From NCBI RefSeq assembly GCF_013285555.1, contig NZ_JAAXLT010000147.1, positions 1-32,000 on the forward strand: a DNA stretch of 32,000 nt. Direction: 5' to 3'. A model generated the notes under the pieces. It made no database searches, had not been told where the DNA came from, and saw only the letters and a list, made by a program, of their open reading frames with translations. Position 1 is the stretch's first letter; every line of letters starts with the position of its first letter. This DNA is from Candidatus Cyanaurora vandensis. GTDB lineage: Bacteria > Cyanobacteriota > Cyanobacteriia > Gloeobacterales > Anthocerotibacteraceae. Position numbers and translations under genes: made by a program. Positions 1-6,365 of this stretch are shown here, piece after piece.

Positions 1-375
1 GTGTACGAGAAATTGCAAGTGAAAAACATGGTGAAGAATCATCATCTGGCTAAGAGTATTTCTGATGCAGGCTGGTCACAGTTCACCACTTGGCTAGAAT
101 ACTTTGCGAAGGTATTTAAGAGAACAGTAGTTGCGGTGGCTCCACAATACACATCCCAAGCATGTTCTAGCTGTGGCGTTATTGTTAAAAAGTCTCTTAG
201 TACCCGTACTCACACCTGTCCGTGTGGATGCGTATTGGATAGAGACGTTAACGCGGCTCTGAATATCTTAGCTAAGGGCAGAAGTACCGTAGGGCATACG
301 GGAAGCATGGGCCGCTGTCGGCCCAGGAACGCTTGTGGAGAGTCGAACCGCTACGCATCAGGAGGTAACTCTTAA
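1..375 (+). CDS. tnpB: TnpB-like RNA-guided nuclease (IS200/IS605-family OrfB). Only the C-terminal 124 codons are present; the 5' part lies left of the window.
   Basis: The frame is open from base 1, so the leading M in the ORF track is only the window edge. Stop is TAA at 373-375. The translation carries TnpB C-terminal hallmarks: YEKLQV (RuvC-II Glu context), a CSSCG...CPCGC zinc ribbon, and DRDVNAALNI (RuvC-III Asp). Confidence 0.85.
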   Translation: MYEKLQVKNMVKNHHLAKSISDAGWSQFTTWLEYFAKVFKRTVVAVAPQYTSQACSSCGVIVKKSLSTRTHTCPCGCVLDRDVNAALNILAKGRSTVGHTGSMGRCRPRNACGESNRYASGGNS

Positions 376-434
376 TGAGCAAGTTCTCTCGTGGAAGCAA
401 GAATCCCCCGGCTTTAGCCGTGGGGAGTGTCAAC
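250..434 (+). ncRNA. Omega-RNA (reRNA) scaffold and right end of the tnpB element. The 5' limit is uncertain; the 3' limit is set at GGGGAGTGTCAAC (422-434).
   Basis: It overlaps the tnpB 3' end and runs past the stop, as omega-RNAs do. Visible structure: hairpin GGGCCG-CTGT-CGGCCC (309-324), conserved block CCGCTACGCATCAGGAGGTAACTCT (348-372), TGAGCAAGTTCTCTCGTGGAAGCAAGA (376-402), terminal hairpin CCCCCGGC-TTTA-GCCGTGGGG, then GAGTGTCAAC. The match to cyanobacterial IS605-family right ends is from memory and was not searched. Confidence 0.6.
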
Positions 435-540
435 TTTCAATCTTGCCCGAGAACGCCCACAACCAACCTCTAGGCGCGGTTCGCGGATTTAAGCTATCGT
501 TACAATAGTTAACGTCAGAGCCGCTAGGAGGCGTGACCCC

Positions 541-2394
541 GTGAATGACCCCAACAAAAATAACAACTGGCGCAACACTGGACTTTACGTTTTGCTTGCC
601 ATTGTTGTCATCTCCCTTGGTACCGCCTTCTTCAGCGGCTCCTCGTCCGATAACCGCAAAGAAATTGTCTACTCCGAATTTGTCCAGCGCACCCAGTCCG
701 GGGAGGTTTCTTCGGTAGAATTTACCGCCGACGGTGCCCGCGCCAACATTATGTTTAAGGACGGTTCGACCGCTAAGGTCACAGTCCCGCCCCTCGATAC
801 CCAGTTATTCCAGATCCTCCAGAAGTCGGGCGTTACCTATCAAATCCGTACCGATAACTCCAACACCGCTTGGTTCCAGGTGTTGATGACCTTCCTGTTC
901 CCGCTGTTGCTACTGGGCGGGTTGTTCTTCCTGTTACGCCGTGCCCAGAATGGCCCCGGCAATCAGGCGATGAACTTTGGTAAGTCCAAGGCCCGCGTCC
1001 AGATGGAGTCCCAGACCAAGACGACCTTCCAGGATGTGGCTGGGGTGGACGAGGCCAAGCTTGAATTGGCGGAAGTGGTGGATTTCCTGAAGAACCGTGA
1101 CCGTTTCGACGCGCTCGGAGCCAAGATTCCCAAGGGTGTATTGCTCGTGGGTCCGCCGGGTACGGGTAAGACCTTGCTGGCTAAGGCCGTGGCTGGCGAA
1201 GCGGGGGTGCCTTTTTTCTCCATCTCCGGTTCTGAGTTTGTGGAAATGTTTGTCGGGGTCGGGGCCTCCCGGGTGCGCGACCTCTTCGAGCAAGCCAAGA
1301 AGAACGCGCCCTGTATTGTCTTTATTGACGAAATTGACGCAGTGGGTCGTCAGCGTGGGGCCGGATTGGGCGGCGGCAATGATGAGCGTGAACAAACGCT
1401 TAACCAGTTGCTCGTCGAGATGGATGGTTTCGAGGGCAATGGCGGGGTGATTATTCTCGCTGCCACCAACCGCCCGGATGTCTTGGATGCGGCTCTGTTG
1501 CGTCCCGGTCGTTTTGACCGACAGGTAGTAGTGGACCGCCCGGACCTCAAGGGACGGTTGGAAGTGTTGAAGGTCCATGCGCGGGGCAAGACCCTAGCAC
1601 GGGACGTGGATGTGGAGAAAGTGGCGCGGCGGACCCCGGGCTTCACCGGGGCAGACTTGGCGAACTTGCTCAACGAAGCGGCAATCCTGGCGGCGCGGCG
1701 TAGTCTCAGTGAAATCTCGATGGATGAGATCAACGACGCGATTGACCGGGTTTTAGCAGGGCCGGAGAAGAAGAACCGCATCCTCGGCGAGCGGACCAAG
1801 CAACTCATCGCCTACCACGAGGTCGGTCACGCGCTCTTAGGTCGGTTATTGCCCAACCACGAGCCGGTCCAGAAGATCAGCATCATTCCTCGGGGCATGG
1901 CAGCAGGTCTGACTTGGTTCACCCCGACGGACGACGATATGCTGGTCTCCCGGGCCCAGCTTTTGGACCGGATGGTGGCGGCTCTCGGCGGTCGGGTCGC
2001 TGAAGAACTGGTCTACGGGGCTGAAGAAGTGACCACTGGGGCCTCCAATGACCTAGAGCGGGTAGCGGCGATGGCGCGGACGATGGTGACGCGCTTCGGG
2101 ATGAGTGAGGAGATTGGACCTTTGGCTTTGGGCCGGGGCGGTGGGGGTTCGATGTTCCTGGGGCGCGACATCATGAGCGAGCGCGATTTTAGTGAAGAGA
2201 CGGCCCAACGGGTGGATGGTGAGGTGAAGCGTTTCGTTTCGGAATCCTACGTCAAAGCCCGCTTGATTCTGACGGAGAACCGGGGTTTGTTGGACCGTGT
2301 AACCGAGGAGTTGCTTAAGCGCGAAACCCTGGACTCTGAGGAGCTTGAGCAAGTGATTAGCGACTACGAGAAACGTCAGACTAGCCGCGCTTAA
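541..2394 (+). CDS. ftsH: ATP-dependent zinc metalloprotease FtsH
   Basis: 617 aa. The GTG start is preceded by AGGAGG (526-531). It has an N-terminal TM helix, Walker A GPPGTGKT, Walker B IVFIDEID, and the zinc site HEVGHA. Confidence 0.95.
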   Translation: MNDPNKNNNWRNTGLYVLLAIVVISLGTAFFSGSSSDNRKEIVYSEFVQRTQSGEVSSVEFTADGARANIMFKDGSTAKVTVPPLDTQLFQILQKSGVTYQIRTDNSNTAWFQVLMTFLFPLLLLGGLFFLLRRAQNGPGNQAMNFGKSKARVQMESQTKTTFQDVAGVDEAKLELAEVVDFLKNRDRFDALGAKIPKGVLLVGPPGTGKTLLAKAVAGEAGVPFFSISGSEFVEMFVGVGASRVRDLFEQAKKNAPCIVFIDEIDAVGRQRGAGLGGGNDEREQTLNQLLVEMDGFEGNGGVIILAATNRPDVLDAALLRPGRFDRQVVVDRPDLKGRLEVLKVHARGKTLARDVDVEKVARRTPGFTGADLANLLNEAAILAARRSLSEISMDEINDAIDRVLAGPEKKNRILGERTKQLIAYHEVGHALLGRLLPNHEPVQKISIIPRGMAAGLTWFTPTDDDMLVSRAQLLDRMVAALGGRVAEELVYGAEEVTTGASNDLERVAAMARTMVTRFGMSEEIGPLALGRGGGGSMFLGRDIMSERDFSEETAQRVDGEVKRFVSESYVKARLILTENRGLLDRVTEELLKRETLDSEELEQVISDYEKRQTSRA

Positions 2395-2412
2395 TTACGT
2401 TTGAACTTTGTT

Positions 2413-2440
2413 AGACCCTGTAAGCTCAGGGTCTTTTTTT
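2413..2440 (+). terminator. Rho-independent terminator of ftsH
   Basis: AGACCCTG (2413-2420), loop TAAGCT, CAGGGTCT (2427-2434), followed by a T6 run (2435-2440). It starts 19 nt after the ftsH stop. Confidence 0.85.
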
Positions 2441-2484
2441 GTATTTAAAGCACAGTTGAAACGTTAAGCGCAAGGGATGAACTG

Positions 2485-2628
2485 GTTGACACTCCCCGGC
2501 ATAAGTGCACGAGGACAGCTGGGCGGCACCGCCCAGCTCTTGGTTCCACGAGAAAGCTTGCTCATCAGGGGTCCGGTACTGGACCCCTAGAGTTACTTCT
2601 TGATGCGTAGCGGCATGGCCTCCGGCCA
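2485..2628 (-). ncRNA. Orphan omega-RNA-like / IS605-family right-end remnant with no adjacent tnpB
   Basis: Hand alignment of the minus strand to 309-434 gave 23/25 identity to 348-372, 24/27 to 376-402, and 13/13 for the terminal GGGGAGTGTCAAC (plus strand 2485-2497). Hairpins sit at equivalent positions but have different sequences. Confidence 0.6.
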
Positions 2629-2708
2629 CGGAAGCCTATCGACTGCTTAATCAACCGGAAATTTTATCATTCCTGACGCTGTCGAATATTTAGCCACACG
2701 CGCCGGGA

Positions 2709-3245
2709 CTAGGGACCGCCGAGTTGGATGGTACGGAAAGGAAGTAACAACTTGAGGACATCCCCCTGGCCTTCACTGGGGATCTCGCCGAGAATGGCTT
2801 GGAGGACCCGTTGACTACCGCCATTAGCTTCACTTTGGTAGGCCAGGATTATGCGGTCATCGGGAAACCAAGCCCGCCCCCACTGGGTCAGGGTCAAGGG
2901 GTCTAGGGGAGCTGTGGGGAGGACCAACAGACCCACCAACCGCCCTTGCCGAAAGTAGGCCCGCACCGTGGCATCCTGGGTGAACACCAACTGGCCTTCT
3001 GGAGTATAAAGTCCGCTCCCGCCTAAACTAAAACTACCCTTGCGCCGTTCCCACTGTTGCTGGTCAGCGTAGGTGAGAAATTCCGCCTGGAGCATCCCCC
3101 AGTACAGATGGTCTGCCGCAAGTCCTGGACGAGCGTGGGTCTGGAGGACAAAGGGCACCCGTTCGGACCCCGCCTGATACAGGGGTGCTGCCCCCGTCGG
3201 CAAAGCTAGCACCAGCCCCAACACGAATCTAATCGCTAGCACCAT
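2709..3245 (-). CDS. Hypothetical secreted protein (178 aa)
   Basis: Long ORF with a hydrophobic N-terminal signal-like segment (MVLAIRFVLGLVLALPTGAAP). I recognise no family. Confidence 0.55.
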   Translation of the reverse strand: MVLAIRFVLGLVLALPTGAAPLYQAGSERVPFVLQTHARPGLAADHLYWGMLQAEFLTYADQQQWERRKGSFSLGGSGLYTPEGQLVFTQDATVRAYFRQGRLVGLLVLPTAPLDPLTLTQWGRAWFPDDRIILAYQSEANGGSQRVLQAILGEIPSEGQGDVLKLLLPFRTIQLGGP

Positions 3246-3290
3246 GAAGATCTAAACTGGAATAGTGCATTATGCTCAGGAGTCACTGCC

Positions 3291-3572
3291 ATGTCAAGTG
3301 AAGAACAATTCCAAGCTTTACGTGAGGCCCTACATGACCTCAACCGCGAACAGGCGCAATTAGTATTCCAACAACTCTTGGAAGCAGCCCGCGCCGAGGG
3401 ACCGCAGGGCACCCAGTTGAGTCAATTGCTATGGGATGAACTATGGCGGACCCAGCGTTCACTCCAGTTCTGGCGTAGTCTGGGGGAGGCCGAGGGCGAA
3501 CTCTCGAAAGCCCTCTCTGACCAACACATCCGGCTCCAACAGAATTACCTGCGTTTGATGCAAGAACAATGA
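3291..3572 (+). CDS. Hypothetical small helical protein (93 aa), translationally coupled to iscX
   Basis: Its stop overlaps the iscX start (ATGA at 3569-3572). The composition is Q/E/L-rich and helical. I recognise no family. Confidence 0.5.
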   Translation: MSSEEQFQALREALHDLNREQAQLVFQQLLEAARAEGPQGTQLSQLLWDELWRTQRSLQFWRSLGEAEGELSKALSDQHIRLQQNYLRLMQEQ

Positions 3573-3772
3573 CTTGGCAGGATAGCGAAGATATTGCCTT
3601 GGCTCTCTTGGACCAGTATCCCGAGGTAAACCCCTTGGATGTCCGCTTCACCGAGCTCCACCGCTGGGTAACTGAGCTACCTGACTTCAAGGACGACCCC
3701 AAGAAGTCCAATGAGGGGATCTTAGAACGGATTCAAATGGCTTGGTACGAGGAATTTCAAGATAGTCAATGA
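3569..3772 (+). CDS. iscX: Fe-S cluster assembly protein IscX (YfhJ family)
   Basis: 67 aa. It aligns along its whole length with my recollection of E. coli IscX (W.DS..I..AL.D.YP...P..VRFT..H.W...L.DF.DDP..SNE.ILE.I...W). Confidence 0.8.
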   Translation: MTWQDSEDIALALLDQYPEVNPLDVRFTELHRWVTELPDFKDDPKKSNEGILERIQMAWYEEFQDSQ

Positions 3773-3781
3773 GGATGGGTA

Positions 3782-3810
3782 GGGGTCAGTAGTCGGGAAC
3801 CACTAACCCC
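3782..3810. terminator. Possible bidirectional stem-loop between convergent genes
   Basis: GGGGTCAGT (3782-3790) pairs with ACTAACCCC (3802-3810) over 9 bp with one mismatch. There is no clear U-tract. Confidence 0.35.
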
Positions 3811-3817
3811 AGAAAAG

Positions 3818-4360
3818 CTAGTCGCCGACCCGTCCTGTGGGACGAGCGACACTGACCGGCGAGTAGTCAATCCCTGTGTTAGTAGCCGTATTGATCCCCG
3901 TAACCAAGAGCGCGTTCACCCCGAGCTTGGTGGTCGTGGAGCAACCCGAACGAATCCGGGCACTCCCCTCAAATTCAGTGGTGGTATCGCGGAACACGTT
4001 TAGGATGAAGGGTGAGATGGATTCCCCTGAGTTAGCCGTCGTGAACTCAAGGGTATTTTGGGGAGCTAGGGTGAAAGGACCAGAAACCCCCACTTGAGTT
4101 CCCCCACCCCCAAAGATCCACTCCACTTGCACCCCACAGGAAAAGGTATTGGGGTTCTTAATTGAGATCACCATCTCGCTACTTTGGTTGGCAGACCGCG
4201 CATAGGCCACGTCATACAAGATGTTCGGGAGGGGAACAACAATCAAGGGCTGAAAGCGAGCATGGGGAGCATCGGAGCGGTCATCTTCTTGGGCCATGAC
4301 CGTAGGTACGCAAATGACCGTCAGAGCCAAGAGGCTCAGGAACATTGATTTGAGTTGCAT
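3818..4360 (-). CDS. Hypothetical secreted protein (180 aa)
   Basis: Signal peptide MQLKSMFLSLLALTVICVPTVMAQ, followed by a Thr/Gly/Asn-rich beta-like sequence. I recognise no family. Confidence 0.6.
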   Translation of the reverse strand: MQLKSMFLSLLALTVICVPTVMAQEDDRSDAPHARFQPLIVVPLPNILYDVAYARSANQSSEMVISIKNPNTFSCGVQVEWIFGGGGTQVGVSGPFTLAPQNTLEFTTANSGESISPFILNVFRDTTTEFEGSARIRSGCSTTTKLGVNALLVTGINTATNTGIDYSPVSVARPTGRVGD

Positions 4361-4630
4361 AAAATTGACCTTTTGAATGGGTTGCTAACTTCTTCAGTGT
4401 CTATTCTGAACATAACAGATTAGGAATTAGTCGGCCCAAGCTCAGGTTGGGCGAGGGCTAACTGATTCGGAAGAAGTTAACTAGAGTATAGAGAGCTATT
4501 CTGAATTGAAAAGTGATAAAAAGTGATCTCTTTTTTGCTTAGTGGATAGAACCTACAGGGAAGTTCGTATTTCTTTACCCATGCCAAAATTGACCGCCTG
4601 TGGGGTTCATGGCAGTGTATTGGACTAAAC

Positions 4631-6325
4631 TCAAGCTTTTTTGGCTTTTTGCTTGGTACGTTTAGTTGCGTCTTTGGCGGACTTCTCGGCGGTGATTTGG
4701 GTCACGCGGACTTTTTCTTTTTCCTCGGCAATCTTTTCGAGGTAGTAGCGGTAGTCCCCTTCGTAGAGCCGTAGCTCACCATCGCGGAGTTCGACGATTT
4801 TGTTGGCGACCTGGGAGAGAAAATAGCGGTCGTGGGAGACCAGTAATACCGTCCCTTCGTAGTGTTGCAGGGCTTCTTCGAGCATTTCCTTGGCGGGGAT
4901 ATCGAGGTGGTTGGTCGGCTCGTCGAGCATGAGTAAATTAGCGGGGCGCAGGAGCATCCGCGCAAGGGCAAGCCGTGCTTTCTCTCCCCCACTGAGGGCG
5001 GCGACATTTTTGAAGACGGTATCGCCACTGAATAGGAATCGGCCTAACAATGTCCGTACCTCCTCATTGGTCCACTGGGGCATTTCGTCGTGGATAGTCT
5101 CCATCACGCTCTTAGCCAAGTCCAAAGCTTCAGCTTGATTTTGCTCAAAGTAACCAGGGGTAACATGGTGCTCGCCCTGTTTAACTAAGCCCTCTAGGGG
5201 CGTTTCCATCCCGGCAATGAAGCGCAACAGGGTGGACTTACCCGCGCCATTGGGACCGAGGAAGGCAATCCGGTCCCCCCGCTCGACCAGTAGGTTCGCA
5301 CCCAGGAACAGAATCTTCTCACCGTAGGTATGGGTGAGGTCTTTGATCATGACAACTTCACGACCACTGCGCGGGGCGGTCGGGAAGCGAAAGTGCAGCG
5401 TCCGGGCATCCCCAGTCGGAGCTTCGATGCGTTCAATCTTATCGAGTTGTTTCTCCCGGCTCTTGGCCTGGGTGCTGCGGGTAGCACTGGCCCGGAAGCG
5501 GTCTACGAAAGCCTGCTGTTTTTCAAGTTCTTTTTGCTGGCGTTCGTAGGCACTCTGTTGGGTTTGACGGCCTTCACTTTTTTGGAGTAAGTAAGCCGAG
5601 TAATTGCCCAGGTAGGATGCTGAAACCCCGCGCTCCGTCTCGACAATCTGAGTACAGAGCCGGTCTAGGAATTCCCGGTCGTGGGAGACAATTACCATCG
5701 GGGTGCTCAAACTACGCAGGTATTCTTCGAGCCAGCTAATCGTCTCTAGGTCCAAGTGGTTCGTCGGTTCATCCAAAAGCAAGAGGTCGGGTTGTTGCAA
5801 GAGGATTTTGCACAAGCCCAAACGCATCTGCCAGCCGCCACTGAAGGCCCCCACCAACCGCTCAGCGTCTTCTAGTTGAAAACCCACTTCGGGGAGAACC
5901 TTGTCAATGCGGGTCTCTAGGGTGTAGCCGTCTTGGGCTTCAAACTCGCGCTGGAGACGGTCAAGCTTGTGGATAAGCCGGTCTAGCTCGGCGGGACCCG
6001 CAACATCCATCTCCCGTTGCAGGTCAGCGAGGGCGAGTTGGACCCGGTTAGCCTCTTTGAACACCGTCCAGCATTCCTCGCGGATCGTGTGGGCCGGGTC
6101 TACTTCAAATTCTTGGTTGAGATAGGCGATATGGAGACTGGCGGGACGGATGATCTCCCCGGAAGTCGGCTCGGTCTCCCCGGCAATAATTTTAAGTTGG
6201 GTGGATTTCCCAGCCCCGTTCGCCCCGACGAGACCAATGCGGTCGCCGGATTTTACTTCCCAGTTAATGTCTTTGAGGACTTCCCCGGTGGGATAGATTT
6301 TACTGATCCGTTCCAGTCTGAGCAT
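4631..6325 (-). CDS. ABC-F family ATPase (two fused ABC domains, no TM domain; translation-factor type)
   Basis: 564 aa. It has two Walker A motifs (GANGAGKST, GPNGAGKST), two signature motifs (FSGGWQMR, LSGGEKAR), an inter-domain linker and a Lys-rich C-tail. Confidence 0.9.
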   Translation of the reverse strand: MLRLERISKIYPTGEVLKDINWEVKSGDRIGLVGANGAGKSTQLKIIAGETEPTSGEIIRPASLHIAYLNQEFEVDPAHTIREECWTVFKEANRVQLALADLQREMDVAGPAELDRLIHKLDRLQREFEAQDGYTLETRIDKVLPEVGFQLEDAERLVGAFSGGWQMRLGLCKILLQQPDLLLLDEPTNHLDLETISWLEEYLRSLSTPMVIVSHDREFLDRLCTQIVETERGVSASYLGNYSAYLLQKSEGRQTQQSAYERQQKELEKQQAFVDRFRASATRSTQAKSREKQLDKIERIEAPTGDARTLHFRFPTAPRSGREVVMIKDLTHTYGEKILFLGANLLVERGDRIAFLGPNGAGKSTLLRFIAGMETPLEGLVKQGEHHVTPGYFEQNQAEALDLAKSVMETIHDEMPQWTNEEVRTLLGRFLFSGDTVFKNVAALSGGEKARLALARMLLRPANLLMLDEPTNHLDIPAKEMLEEALQHYEGTVLLVSHDRYFLSQVANKIVELRDGELRLYEGDYRYYLEKIAEEKEKVRVTQITAEKSAKDATKRTKQKAKKA

Positions 6326-6365
6326 GACGACTCCAGGGCCACACGAATCTTAACAAATTTTCACC

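Noticed and set aside
343-358. GAGTCGAACCGCTACG, which superficially resembles a tRNA T-arm
   Set aside because: No acceptor, D or anticodon arms can be built around it. It lies inside the tnpB 3' end and omega-RNA scaffold.
501-506. TACAAT -10-like hexamer upstream of ftsH
   Set aside because: It is plausible, but there is no convincing -35 element at 17 +/- 1 bp, and nothing else in the sequence supports it.
934-2352. Several long antisense or off-frame ORFs inside ftsH (for example 934-1578 minus, 1350-1808 minus, 1097-1450 plus)
   Set aside because: They lie entirely within a strongly supported gene. Their Arg/Pro/Gly/Ser-rich composition is typical of shadow ORFs in GC-rich DNA, and I recognise no motifs. 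The same reasoning applies to shadow ORFs inside the KS-AT, ABC-F, lat, glycerate-kinase-like and TonB-receptor genes.
2426-2629. 67-aa minus-strand ORF between ftsH and the 178-aa gene
   Set aside because: It coincides with the omega-RNA-like remnant. The open frame is explained by the structured, GC-rich RNA-like sequence, and it shows no coding features.
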